Source: Callorhinchus milii (taxonomy: Eukaryota). From it: a stretch of 64,000 bases of DNA. Both the position numbers and the translations under genes were made by a program. The notes beneath the pieces are model-generated. The model was given only the letters and a program-made list of their open reading frames with translations. It did not search any database and was not told the origin of the DNA. Positions 39,420-52,719 of this stretch are shown here, piece by piece (the first letter of the stretch is position 1; every line of letters begins with the position of its first letter). The DNA lies in NCBI RefSeq assembly GCF_018977255.1, contig NW_024704742.1, positions 138,758,001-138,822,000 on the forward strand, given 5' to 3'.

Positions 39420-41795
39420 ACCCTCATAAAGGCCCTCACATCCTCAAATATCCTATCCTGCACTTCACCCCCTCCTACTCCATCTCCTCAGACTTCTCTT
39501 CCCTGCTCTCCTCGCTCAACCTCTCCCTCCACATCAACTCCCCCACTCACAGTCACGGCCACCCACTCGACTTGGTGATCACCCGGGGCCTCAGTGTCTC
39601 GGATGTCACTATCACCGACAAGGCCGTCTCCGACCACCACTTCATCTCCTTCACCACCTCCACACCCCTCCCCACCTCCACCAGACCCACCACCATCTTC
39701 TACCGCCCCTGGAAGAAGTTACCCCCACAATCCCTAACCGCTGCCTTGGAGTCCTCTGAACTCCTCTCCCTCTGGCCTTCAACCCTCACTGACCCCTCTT
39801 CTCTTCTCACCCTCCTCCACAACACCCTCTCCTCCACACTCGACACTCTGCCCCCATCACCTCCCGTACTGTCTCCTACTCCCGCTCCTCCCCCTGGTTC
39901 ACCACCCACCTCCGCTCACTGAAGAGCCAGGTGGGCCGCTGAACGCACCTGCGTCAAATCTGGCCTAACGGTCCACCGACAAATCTGGCTGGACCTCCTC
40001 AAAATCTACCGCTCCACTCTAGCCTCGGCCAAGTCGTCCTTCTACTCCAGGATAATCCTGGAAGCGAAGAACAACCCCAGGCTACTGTTTTCTACCACAT
40101 CCCGACTCCTCTGTCCCCCCCGCCACCCCGCGCAGGTCATCTCCTCCAACCTTCACTGCGAGGAGATGCTGGATTTCCTTGAATCCAAATTCAAGGGAAT
40201 TCGCTCCGCGGTCACTTCCCCTCCAACATCCACCCACGCCCCACACTCTGACTCCTACCCATCCTCCCCTACACACTTTCGTACGCGTTTCCCCACCCTC
40301 TGTCACCAAACTCATCCTATCCCTGAAACCCACCACCTGCTCCCTTGACCCCATCCCCACTCCACTCCTTATCTCCCAGCTCCACCTCCTTGCCCCACAT
40401 ATCACAGACATCGTCAACCTGTCCCTCTCCTCTGGCTCTGTTCCCATTCCCTTAAAAACTGCCACCATCACTCCCACCTTGAAAAAACCCTCTCTTGATG
40501 CGTCGCAGCTATCAAGCTACCGGCCCATCTCCAACCTCCCCTTCCTGTCCAAGGTCCTGGAACGAGTTGTGGCCTCCCAGCTGCGCTCTTTCCTCTCCAC
40601 CCATTCATTATTCGAACCCCTTCAGTCGGGTTTCCGTGCTGCCCATAGCACAGAAACTGCCCTGGTCAAGGTCACCAATGACATCCTGACCATCTGTGAC
40701 CAGGGCTCCCTCTGCCTCCTCGTCCTCCTCGACCTATCGGCAGCATTCGATACGGTCGACCACGCTATCCTCCTCCACCGCTTGTCCTCCCACCTCAACC
40801 TTCAAGGCCCTGTCCTTGAGTGGTTTAGGTCGTACCTCTCCCACCGTCTTCACTTTGTTTCCACGAATGGCTTTTCCTCCACCCCCGCACTGTCTCGTGT
40901 GGTGTCCCTCAGGGCTCTGTCCTCGGTCCCCTCCTCTTCACCCTCTATATGCTCCCCCTGTGGTGACATCATCCGCAGACATGGGGTTAACTTCCACATG
41001 TATGCGGATGACACCCAACTCTACCTTTCCTCCTCTACCCTCAACTCCACGACCCCCGATGTCCTGACAGCTGCCTGTCCGACATCGAGTCCTGGACGAG
41101 AGACAACTTTCTTCAGCTCAACGTGCGTAAAACTGAGGCCCTCCTGATTGGCTCACGTCAGCGCCTCCGCACCTCAGGCGCTGACAACATCAGCATCCAA
41201 GGCTGCACTCTCCACCTCTCAAAGCCAGTCAGGAACCTCGGTGTTCTGTTCGACCCTGAGCTGTCCTTTCTCCCTCATATCCGCACCACAACTGGCACCG
41301 CCTTCCATCACCTCCGGAATATCGCCAGACTACGGCACTACCTCACCCCTCACACGGCTGAAACTCTGGTCCACGCCTTTATCACCTCAAGGCTGGACTA
41401 TGGGAACTCTCTCCTCGCCGGCCTTCCCGGCCCTCCCTCCACACTGCAGGTCATTCAGAACTCTGCAGCTCATGTACTGTCCTGCACCAGGCTTCGGGAC
41501 CACACCCTCGCCCTCGCCCTCACTCCCACCCTCGCCCTCGCTCGCCTCACTGGCTCCCCATCCCCCAGAGGATCGAATTCAAGATCCTCATCCTCACCTA
41601 CAAGGCCATTCACGGCCTTGCTCCCTCCTACCTCTCTGACCTACTATCCCCCTATCTACCTGCCCGTACCCTCCGTTCCTCTGACTCCGGTCTAATCCAC
41701 ATACTCCTGCTCAGGTCCTGACCCAACTGTACAGCGCCTTGGGACCTCCTCCCGATGTGAAAGGTGCTCTATAAATGGAATCTTGTTGTTGTTGT
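39420..41795 (+). mobile_element. Young L2 LINE ORF2 and 3' end
   Basis: 322 aa RT ORF with PLQSGFRAAHSTETAL, DLSAAFDTVDH, YADDTQLY; near-identical inverted copy of ~29723-31580; (ttg)n tail. Confidence 0.95.
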
Positions 41796-43810
41796 ATCCC
41801 TCTGGCCTTCCACCCATGGAGATCCTGAAGCTACCGTCCAGCTGCTCCATGATCGCCTCTCCTCCACCTTCAACTCCCTCGTCCCCCTGAAATCCAGGTC
41901 TATCTCCAAACCCACCTGATCCCCCGGTACAACAACCATCTCCACTCCCTAAAAACCCAAACCCGGCTGCTCGAGTGCAGATGACAGAAAACTGGCCACA
42001 ACCCCAAAGTCCTTTTTTCCACCACCCACTACCCCCCTAAGGCCCCTCAATCTTCACATCCAATGCCAATTCCGAGGAGGTCATGGACTTCTTTTCATCT
42101 AAAATAAACAACATCTGCCAGACAGCCTCATCCTCCTGCCTCTTGTCACCCACCACCACCCCCTCTCCGTCCCCCTCAGCCTCCCCATCATCAGCTCCTA
42201 CCACCACTCCCATCCTATCTTCCTTCCTCCCCATCTCTCCCTCCTCCCTCTCACTCACCATCACTTCAATGAAACCCATTACTTGCTGCCTCGCCCCACT
42301 CCCCACCAACTTGCTGGTCACCCAGCTCCCACTACTGGCTGACGTCATCAACCAGTCCGTCTCCTCCGGATCAGTCCTGCCCCCCTCAAAACTGCTGTCA
42401 TCACCCCCCTCCTCAAAAAAACCTTCCCTAGATCCCTCAAACCCCAGCCATTACTGCCCCATTTCTAACCTGCCCTTCCTCACCAAAGTCCTAGAATGCG
42501 TTGTTGCCAACCAACTCCACGAACAACTCTCCTCCCACTCCCTCTTCGAACCCCTCCAGTCCGGTTTCCCCCCATAGTACAGAGACTGCGCTTGTGAAAG
42601 TCTCAAACACCATCTTCTCTATCTGTGACCAGGGCTCCTTCTGCCTCCTTGTCCTCCTGGACCTCTTTGCCACTTTCGACACAGTCAATCACGCCATCTT
42701 CCTCCCCCACCTTTCCTCCATCATCCACCTCAGTGGGACCGCACTCGCCTGGTTCGGGTCCTACCTCACAAACCGCCAGCAGTACATCTGCACCAACGGC
42801 TTCTCCTCCCGCTCTCACCCAGATATCTGTGGGGTACCTCAAGGATCCACCCTTGGCCCCCTCCTCTTTCTGATCTACATGCTCCTTCTTGGGGATGTCA
42901 TCTGTGGGGTACACTTCCACATGTACGCGGACGACACTCAACTCTATTTTTCCACCTCTCTTTGCGCCCCCCCAGTCCCCTGATGTTCTTCTGTCAGATC
43001 TCAGGGGCTGGATGAGCGCAAACTTCCTTCAGCTGAACGTTGACAAGACGGAAGCCATACTCTTTGACTCTCGTCAACGTCTAAAATCATATGGTTCCCA
43101 TCTCCTCCACCTACCCGACCTCCCCCCTAAAACTCTCCGAACCCATATGGAACCGAGGAATGAGGTTCAACCCCAATTATCCTCCTCCCCCACATCCGGT
43201 CCCTCACCAGCACCGCCTACTACCACCCGCTCCACGATCCCCCCAGTCCTGACCCCACCCGTCCTCCCCCACCCCCAAACCCCGCTCCCCGATCCCCCCA
43301 GTCCTGGCCCCACCCGTCCTCCCCCAAACCCGGCTCCCCGATCCCCCCAGTCCTGGCCAGACTGCACTGGCTCCTGTCCCAGAGAGGATCCACTTCAAGA
43401 CCCTCACCTCATCTTCAAATCCCTCCACTCCTCTGCCCCCCCGACCTCTCTGACCTCCTCTCTCCTCACAATAGTACCCGTTGTCTTCACTCCCCCGGGT
43501 CTGGCCTCCTCCTCGTCCCCCGAGCCCTCCGCTCCCCCCTCGGCGGCCGTGCCTTCAGCCCCTGTGCCCCGAGGCTCTGGAACTCCCTTCCTCACTCCCC
43601 TCCCCATCGCCCCCTCTCTTCCTATTCTCAGGTCTCGGCTGAAGACCTTTCTTTTCGACCTTCCTCCCCCTCCCCCTCCCCCTGGCTCCTCCCCCTCCCC
43701 CTGGCTCCTCCCCTTCCCCCTGGCTCCTCCCCTCCCATGGCTCCTCCACTGGCTCCTCTCATTCCCCATGGCTCCGCCTCCTCCCCCGGCTCCTCCCCCT
43801 GGCTCAGCCC
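41796..43810 (+). mobile_element. Second L2 subfamily, RT to 3' end, with C-rich slippage repeats
   Basis: ISNLPFLTKVLE, GVPQGSTLGPLLF, WMSANFLQLNVDKTEAI, RSRLKTFLFD. Confidence 0.88.
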
Positions 43811-43835
43811 CGGATCCGTTTCTGTGAAGCTCAGA

Positions 43836-44147
43836 GATAATAATAATAATCCTTGCATTTGATATAGCGCTTTTCACGTCGGGAGGACGTCCCAAAGCGC
43901 TTCACAGAACACACTGTAAAGTGAATTGACTGTATATTTGTGGGCGAACGCGGCAGCCAATTGCGCACAGCAATGTCCCACAAACAGTCGTAGATTGAAA
44001 ATGACCAATTTATTATTGTTTTGGTTTTGGAGGGTTATTATTAGGCTCTGTGTGGAGTAAGGAAACTTGCCCGAGGTTTGGCCCTCTGCCTGGAATTGAA
44101 CTCAGGTCTCTCACTTCCAAAGCGAGTGCTCTAACCACTGAGCCACA
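43836..44147 (-). mobile_element. Short-form SINE
   Basis: Reverse complement of the young SINE. Confidence 0.92.
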
Positions 44148-44184
44148 GGTTGCCGTCCAGCGAGGCGAAACGAGCTTCCAAATT

Positions 44185-45345
44185 AACCCACTCCCCCGCT
44201 CTCTCCCCATAGCCCCGATCAACCCCACTCCCCCGCTCTCTCCCCATAGCCCTGATCAACCCCACTCCCCGCTCTCTCCCCATAGCCCCGATCATCCCCA
44301 CCCCCCACCCCCCATAGCCCGATCAACCCCACTCCCCCGCTCTCTCCCCATAGCCCTGATCAACCCCACTCCCCCGCTCTCTCCCCATAGCCCTGATCAA
44401 CCCCACTCCCCGCTCTCTCCCCATAGCCCTGATCAACCCCACTCCCCCGCTCTCTCCCCATAGCCCTGATCAACCCCACTCCCCCACTCTCTCCCCATAG
44501 CCCTGATCAACCCCACTCCCCGCTCTCTCCCCATAGCCCTGATCAACCCCACTCCCCCACTCTCTCCTCATAGCCCTGATCAACCCCACTCCCCGCTCTC
44601 TCCCCATAGCCCTGATCAACCCCACTCCCCGCTCTCTCCCCATAGCCCTGATCAACCCCACTCCCCCACTCTCTCCCCATAGCCCTGATCAACCCCACTC
44701 CCCGCTCTCTCCCCATAGCCCTGATCAACCCCACTCCCCGCTCTCTCCCCATAGCCCTGATCAACCCCACTCCCCCGCTCCCTCCCCATAGCCCTGATCA
44801 ACCCCACTCCCCGCTCTCTCCCCATAGCCCTGATCAACCCCACTCCCCGCTCTCTCCCCATAGCCCTGATCAACCCCACTCCCCCACTCTCTCCCCATAG
44901 CCCTGATCAACCCCACTCCCCGCTCTCTCCCCATAGCCCTGATCATCCCCACTCCCCCGCTCTCTCCCCATCGCCCTGATCAACCCCATTCCCCCGCTCT
45001 CTCCCCATAGCCCCGATCAACCCCACTCCCCGCTCTCTCCCCATAGCCCTGATCAACCCCGCTCTCTCCCCATAGCCCTGATCAACCCCACTCCCCGCTC
45101 TCTCCCCATAGCCCTGATCAACCCCACTCCCCGCTCTCTCCCCATAGCCCTGATCAACCCCACTCCCCCGCTCTCTCCCCATAACCCTGATCAAACCCAC
45201 TCCCCCGCTCTCTCCCCATAGCCCTGATCAACCCCACTCCCCCGCTCTCTCCCCATAGCCCTGATCAACGATCAACCCCAATCCCCCGCTCTCTCTCCCT
45301 ATAGCCCTGATTAACCCCACTGCCCCGCGCTCTCCCTATAGCCCT
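44185..45345. repeat. Minisatellite, 36-37 bp unit, ~31 copies, derived from a CR1 3' UTR
   Basis: Unit ccccactccccgctctctccccatagccctgatcaa; flanked by minus-strand CR1 3' sequence (to ~45590). Confidence 0.95.
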
Positions 45346-45924
45346 GCAAACTTGTCCTCCCCAAATAATGATCTACTTCTCTCTTAAGTTGTTATGGAAT
45401 TGGCTTCCCTCAGCCTTTCAGGCAATGCATTCCAGATCCCAACAACTCACTGTGTGGAAACATTTCTCCTCACCTCCCCTCTATTTCTCTTGACAACTAA
45501 GAGAGATTACCGACCCACCCACCAGTGGGAATAGTCTCTCTTTGTTCATCCTATCGAATCCCCTCATAATTTTGAAAACTTCTATTAAGTCAAAGTCAAG
45601 ATCCTCTCACTCTCATGTTCAAATCCCTTCACTCCCTGGCACTTCCCTCCCTCTCCGACCTCCTCACTCCCCAACCCTTCACCCGGTCAGCGCCTTCGGT
45701 CAACTGGCACCAGCTCCTGGTCATTCTCGCACCCTCCGCCTCACTATCGGAGGTCGCGCTTTCAGCTTCACTACACCCCAAACTCTGGAACACTCTCCCT
45801 CAGTCCCTCTGCCTTGCCCCCTCTCTACCCTTTTTCAATTCCCGCCTGAAAACCTTCCTCCTCAACCGTGGCTCCACTACTTTTAAACGCTCTGAGATGC
45901 TGCCCTGCGTGCAGGGTACTAGAT

Positions 45925-47500
45925 AAGTACTGAAAAGGTTGACTGGGCTGAAGGTGATAAGTCTCCCGGTCCGGACGGGATGCAGCCGAGGTTACTATGG
46001 GAGGCACAGGTACAAATAGCGGAGGCTTTGGCTACAATTTTTCAATCTTCGTTGGACACAGGAGTGGTGCCCGAGGACTGGAGAGTGGCCAATGTGTCTC
46101 CTCTGTACAAAAGGGGACAGAAGGACAAACCTGGGAACTCCAGGCCAGTCAGCCTGACATCAGTAGTGGGGAAACTCCTGGAGACTATAATCCGGGACAG
46201 AATAAATCTTCATTTAGAAGAATATGGGTTAATTAGGGACAGCCAACATGGATTTGTTAAAGGCAAATCTTGTCTAACCATTCTAATAGAATTTTTCGAT
46301 GAGGTAACGGAGAGGGTGGATGATGGTAGTGCAGTTGATGTAGTTTATATGGACTTTCAAAAGGCATTTGACAAAGTGCCACATGAAAGACTTGTAAGAA
46401 AGATAGAAGTCCACGGTATAAAAGGGACAGTGGCAGCGAATCCAGAACTCACTGGGAGACAGAGAGCAGAGAGTTGTGGTGAACGGCTGCTTTTCTGACT
46501 GGAGGGAAGTGTACAGAGGGGGTCCCCCAGGGATCGGTATTAGGACCACTGTTCTTCCTAATATACATAAATGACCTGGACTTGGGTATAGCAAGTACCA
46601 TTTCCAAGTTTGTGACGACACAAAGTTAGGGAGGGGGTAAACAGTGAGAAGGATGGGAGCCGACTGCAGGAAGACATAGACAGATGGTAAAATGGGCTAC
46701 ACATGGCAGATGAGTTTCAATGTGGGGAAATGCGAAGTAATGCATTTTGGTAGAAAGAATGAGAGGAGGCAATATAGGCGGTAATACAATCTTAAAGGGG
46801 GGTGAAGGAACAGAGAGACCTGGGGGGGGGGAGGTAAATGTATCTTTGAAGGTGGCAGGACAGGGAGATAAGGCTGTAAAAAGGGCATATGGGATACTGG
46901 GCTTTATAAATAAGGGCATAGAGTACAAGAGTCAGGAGGTTATGATTAACCCATATAAACACTGGTTAGGCCTCAGTTAGAATACTGCCCCAGTTCTGGA
47001 CCCCACACTATAGGAAGGATGTTAAGGCATTGGAAAGGGTACAGAGGAGATTTACGAGGATGGGACCAGGAATGAGGGACCGTGATTATGAGGAAAAGCT
47101 GGAGAGGCCGGGATTATTCTCATTGGAGCAGAGAAGGTTACGAGGACCTAATAGAGGTCTTCAAAATCATGAGGGGATTTGATAGGTTAGAAAGGGAAAA
47201 ACTGTTCCCACTGGTGGGAGTGTCGGTGACTCGAGGTCACAGATTCAAATAGTCTCTAAAAGAAGCCGAGGGGAGAGGTGAGAAGACATTTTTTCACGTA
47301 GCGAGTTGTTCGAATCTGGAACATTGCCTGAAAGGGCGATCGAGGCCGATTCGATAACTACTTTTAAAAACGTGGTGGACGGGTATTTGAGAAGGACAGG
47401 TTTGGGGAGTGGGATTGACATTACATTGCTCTATTCAAAGAGCCGCACAGCCTCGATGGGCCGAATGGCCTCTTTTTGTGCGGTACAATTCTATGATGCT
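45925..47500 (+). mobile_element. 5'-truncated CR1 (RT and 3' UTR), sister of 16030-17472
   Basis: PEDWRVANV, QHGFVKGKSCLT, DFQKAFDKVPH; tail ttctatga. Confidence 0.93.
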
Positions 47501-47694
47501 ATGGCTCTATGATAAGTGCAAGTTGGTGGTGGTGTTGTTAAGTCTCCTCTTAACCTTCTCTGCTCCCAGGAGAATAATCCTCGCTTCTCTGGCCTCTCCT
47601 GACAACTGAAGTCCGTCATTCCTGATACGATCCTGGTCAATTTCCTTTGCACCCTCTCCAGTGCCTTGACATCCTTCCTAAAGTGTGGGGCCTT

Positions 47695-49325
47695 TTTGCT
47701 GGTATATTTAATTTCCGTATTCCCATTATGGGCGACCTCTTCTGGTGCCTCTTTTCTGTTTTTACACCATCCCTTTTTCAGCATTCTGAATTACCTAACT
47801 TATCATATCTCTTTTGTTTGCTTCTCTAGTCTCCTTCTCCTGTATTGTTGCCTTTGCTATTTCCCATACCTGGATTTCCATTTCTTTTTTTATTTGCTCG
47901 TCCTCTTCATTCGTCTTTTGACTGGTGGCTTGAATTAGTCTGTCTGTCAAATATAACGTTTTCTCTGGTTTGTACTGAAAGTATGGAGTCCTGTAGCTCA
48001 GTGGTTAGAGCACTCACCTTGCAAGAGAATGGGTTCAATTCCAGGCAGGGCGAAACCTTGGGCAAGTTTCCTTACTCCACACAGAGCCTAATAATAATCC
48101 CTCCAAAACCAAAAACAATAATAAATTTGTCATTTTCAATCCACGACTGTTTGTGGACTCTGCTGTGCACAATTGGCTGCCGCGTTCGCCCAGAAATATA
48201 TAGTCAATTCACTTTATAGCATATTCTATGAAGCGCTTTGAGATGTCTAGAAGACGTGAAAAGCACTATATCAAATGCAAGGATTACTATTATTATCAAA
48301 GATAATGCTATATCTCTATAGCCATATTCTTTGTAGTCTTGGCAGTGTTTCATTGAGCCCTTTTCTCAGAATTATCTCTAATGGTTTGTGATCATTTTCT
48401 ATCATCATTTTTTTCTCAAATATATCTAGCGATAACATCCGCTCTTTTTTTCTTTTTCTGTATGCAGTCTCTTAATGATTTTATTGCATCAATATTATAC
48501 TCCTCAATTATACTCCATCAATTTCCATCATCTCTTCTGCATTTCTTCTGCTCATGTGTTTTGGACATTTCTTCTATAACAACTATTTGCAGAGCTTTTT
48601 GCAGCAGTCTCCTACTTCAAGAGTTTGCTGCATATTTATTATCGTTCTATCCTATTACAATTTCGTCTCTGATCATCTCTTCTCTTAAAGCTCCATAATC
48701 ACATGTCTTACTTAGTGATGGTAATACCACACAGTACGGATAAAATGATTCCGTAGGCCCTTGATCCCTTGTTCCAAATTTATATCTATCCACTGTGACG
48801 TTGTTTTACTCACATCATCTTTCCCGCATGACTTTTATCATCTCATCTAATGACATGTTCATATCTTTCTCCGTAGTTGCAAAGTAATCCCTCACTTCTT
48901 CTGCCACATTTAGGAAAATAGCCAACTGCTGTATTTGTGCCAATTCCTTCACATTTGAGGCGAGTGCAAATATCTCAAAATCCCGCCAATTACATCTTAA
49001 GTTGCCTTCTAGCCTCAATGTACATGGTATTTGCATATATCTTGGTATGGCATCCGTTTCTGCTTCTCCACAATTAATTTTGTCTTGTTTATCGTCCCTG
49101 TTGAATCTCATAGTCTTTTCCGATTCAGTTCAGTTTCATTTCTGACACCATGTTGTGTTCTCACAACTCAAATGTAGAAATCACTATTTTATTCTCAGCT
49201 CTCAAAACACAATCCAACAATACAACGAAAACCTCTTCAGTTAGTTCCCCTGCCTCCTGCTTCATATTTTCTGATCCCCTTTCATTGGTTCCCAGTTAAT
49301 TTGGGTCATTTCTTCTTAAAGGGGA
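47695..49325 (-). mobile_element. Gypsy-type LTR retrotransposon remnant (LTR, PBS, gag, RNase H end), internally deleted
   Basis: LTR end ..acaaca followed by TGGTGTCAGA (49150-49141, tRNA-Leu-type PBS); gag-like LEGNLRCNW, DRYKFGTRDQ, CDYGALREEMIRD; RNase H-like NDHKPLEIILRKGLNETLPRLQR and QYKPEK. Confidence 0.8.
47984..48296 (+). mobile_element. SINE inserted in the Gypsy remnant
   Basis: Full head; short-form body with older-type tail tttgagatgtctagaagacgtg. Confidence 0.9.
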
Positions 49326-50668
49326 TCTAAGATAGAGTGTATTGGAGACTGTGTCTTAGAAGAATATGTTAGGATGTCCCCACTAAAAAGCCACTACAGG
49401 GCTCGACTTGATGGTGGGAAATGAGCCTGGACACGTGAGCAATGTGAAGGTAGGAGAACATTTGGGGAACACTGGGGGTGGGGTGGAGTCAGAGACAGAA
49501 GAGATCAGGTAAACTGTGTTAGAGGGACTCTGCAACCTGCTCCTGTCACAGATCCATGCAATGCCCACTGTTTCCCCTGCTTACCTAATTCCAGAAAGAA
49601 TGAGGCACAGGCTGACAAGAGCTATGTCTTGGGACCGCAGAGTGTGCATTGGGCTAACTACTGGAGTCTAACTGGCTAAAACCACATAGCTTGCCATTGA
49701 AAGCACTGTCTGGCAAACTCCCTATTGCCAGCTGGGACCACACTAACTGTTAGGGCTTTGGTTTGCAAGGTTAACAGGAGCTGCTTAATCCGGATCATCA
49801 TGTGAGTTGCATTGGCAAATAGAAGTGCCCACTTTGAAGCTGACTCTGACAACAGAGAGCTCAATGGAGCTCAGGGAAAGAGTGCACATCCCATTCCAGG
49901 TTCAGGAATTTCCATGTGTAGGTGGGATGCATGGAATGCTTAGTTTGGTTGGGATACTCTTTAGCATGGTGAGTGGTTTCCATACGAGTCAGACACCCGA
50001 CTGACCAAAAGCGTGGGTGAAAACATTTCTCCTGACCTCCCCGTTTGCTCATTTACTTACTATTCTAAACTGATGACCTCTCGTTATAATAAATAATAAT
50101 AATCCTTGCATTTTATATAGCGCTTTTCACGTCTTCTAGACATAGCACCTTATTAGATCATTGAAATGTCTCAAAGTACTTCACAGAATATACTGTAAAA
50201 TGAGTTGCCTATATTTTGTGGGTGAAACGTGGCCAATTGTGCACAGCAGTGTCCCACAAACAGTTGTGGATTGACCAAATTATCATTTTTTTTGAAGGAA
50301 TTATTATCCTCAGAAAGGTGTTGGAACCCTTTAGCCTCCTCTCAAGGACCTTCCAAATGATTGCTTTCAGCAGGAGGGTGAATTAACTCATTGCTCCAGG
50401 ATATCGGAGGCACCTGTTTTTGAAGACTGATTGAGCTGCAAACCTTCACGTCAGCCTCTTGGAGCCAGCAGCCTCTCATCACTGGCTCCCCCAGGCTGTA
50501 CAGCGAGAGTGGGATCTCGACACTGCCCACTCCAAGGCTGAAGGCCAGGAATTTGGTGTTAGGAGCTCATTCTTAGCATATTCTGCTTACAAACCAGCCA
50601 CTCATGGCCTCAATCAATCTTCCTCTCGATTATGCAGCCTGAGTGCATTACAGTATGATCATGATAGT

Positions 50669-50965
50669 GGAGTGCTGGAGCTCGGAGGTTAGAGCACTCA
50701 TCTCGCAAGTGAGAAGGGCTGCGTTTGATTCTCGGGCAGGGCGAAACCGGACAAGTTTCCTACTCTACATGACTCTGTAATAACCCCTTCAAAAAAAAAT
50801 TACGTCACTCAATCCATGACTGTTTGTGGGATGCTGCTGTGCACAATTGACAGCCATGTTTTGCACACAAAATATACAGTTAAATTACTTTATAATTTGT
50901 GAAGCACTTTGAGACGTGTTGAAGATGTGATAAGGTGCTATATCAAATGTGAGGATTATTATTAT
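50669..50965 (+). mobile_element. Diverged SINE
   Basis: Head tggagtgctggagctcggaggttagagcac, Deu-like body, tail. Confidence 0.8.
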
Positions 50966-51489
50966 CAAGGAGATGAGCATGAAGGAACTGGTAAGGTAGT
51001 GTTCCAGATCCATGAGGGTCTGTGGTTGAGGTTCTGGTACTCAGAAATTACAAGATCACCAGATTAGATCAGATGAAGAAACCCCTTTGGATGAGACCAG
51101 ATGTTTTTAAAAATGATTTCATGTCACCACTCTCCTTATAACGTTTCGCCCACAAAATATAGTCAATTCACTTTATAGTATATCCTGTGAAGTGCTTTTG
51201 ACATCTTGAAGATGTGACAAGGCACTATATCAAATGCAAGGATTATTAATGTGGGATTACATGGGATCACATGTGAATTGGTAACTGAATCTGGAGCACT
51301 TCTCAGGGATGTCACCACCTCTGTGATATGCATTCCACTATTCATCACTCATATTCATGTTATCATTCTTTCTCTTTCCCTGCTGCTTGTCGTATCTACA
51401 TGTAATAATAATCTTTGCATTTGATATAGAGCTTTTCATGTCTTCTGTAAAGTGAATTGACCGTATATTTGTGGGCGAAACAGCGTCTT

Positions 51490-52450
51490 TCAAATTGAGA
51501 GCACTCCCAAGGCACTGGATAGTCAGGGATTTGGGCACAGCAAGGGGTTGGGATCAGAAGGCATGGAGGGCAGGGAGGGAAGGGTAGGAGGGTGACTGAA
51601 GGCGCGGTGGAAGAGGAGGGTCTTGAGATGGATCTTGAAGGAAGCGAGGGAAGAAAGCAAGGCAAAGGGACTGTGGCATGGAATTCCAAAGCGTGGGGGC
51701 AGAGAGGCTGAAGGCCCGACCACCAAAGGTGGGCCGGGCCAGGTGGGAGACATGGAGCAGGCTGGAGCCTGCTGAGTGGACGGAGTGGATAGGTTGATAT
51801 GGGATTAGCAGATCACAGAGGTAGGAAAGAACAAGACCATGGAGGGCCTTGAAGGTAAGGATGAAGATTTTGAACTCTATCCTCCTAGGGGATGGGGAGC
51901 CATCGTAGCTGGGTGAGGGTGGGGGTGATAGGGTTACGGAGCCTGTTGCAGGAGAGGACATGGGCTGCAGAGTTCTGAATGATCTGCGGTTTTGTGGAGA
52001 GAAGAGTTGGGGAAGACCGACAAGCAGAGAGTTGGTGTAGTCGAGCCTAGATGTGATGAATGTGTGGATGAGGGTCTTGGTTGCCTGTAGGGAGAGGCAG
52101 TGACAGAGCCGGGCAATGTTGCGGAGATGGGGGAAGGCAGATCGAGTACGGATGTGAGGTAGAAAGAACAGTTAAGGGTGAAACAAGACACCAAGGTTCC
52201 GGACTGGCTCAGTGAGGTGGAGTGTGCAACCATAGATGGTGTTGCTGTCAGTGCCTGAGGAGCTGGCTGGAGGCAATCAGGAGGGCCTCGGTCTTGTTGA
52301 GAAAGTAAGCTTTCATCCAGTCTGTCAGGACCAGCAGTGGTCCTGGAGTCGAGGGTGGAAGCAGAGAGGGACAGTTGAGTGTCATCCTCATAAATGAGGA
52401 AGTTGAACCCATGTCTGTGGATGATGTCACCAAGAGGAAGCATGTAGACC
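51490..52450 (-). mobile_element. L2 RT/C-terminal fragment
   Basis: [42 protein letters not shown]. Confidence 0.88.
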
Positions 52451-52452
52451 AT

Positions 52453-52719
52453 GATCAGGTCACCTTCAGCCTTCTTTATTCCAGCAGAAAAAGTCCAATT
52501 TCCTCTGGTCTCCACTCAAAGGCCAAGCCACTCAACCCCATTATCATACTCGTAAATCTCTGTTCCCCTCTATCTCCCTGATGTCTTTCCTAAAAACTGT
52601 GGTGACCAATACTGGACACAATATTCTGACTGTGGTCTGATTAACGATTTATACATATTTAGCGTTACCTCTTTGCGTTTATATTCTATACCCTTATTTA
52701 TAAAACCCAAGGTTCCATG
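52453..52719 (-). mobile_element. Old CR1 fragment abutting the large exon
   Basis: Minus strand reads GTLGFINKGIEYKR..; similar to 19320-19420. Confidence 0.75.

Noticed and set aside
42889..43895. Pro-rich 312 aa ORF and Gly-rich antisense ORFs
   Set aside because: Decayed C-rich L2 sequence with slippage repeats.
44185..45345. CRISPR-like array (36-37 bp period)
   Set aside because: Head-to-tail tandem repeat with no unique spacers, in eukaryotic LINE context.
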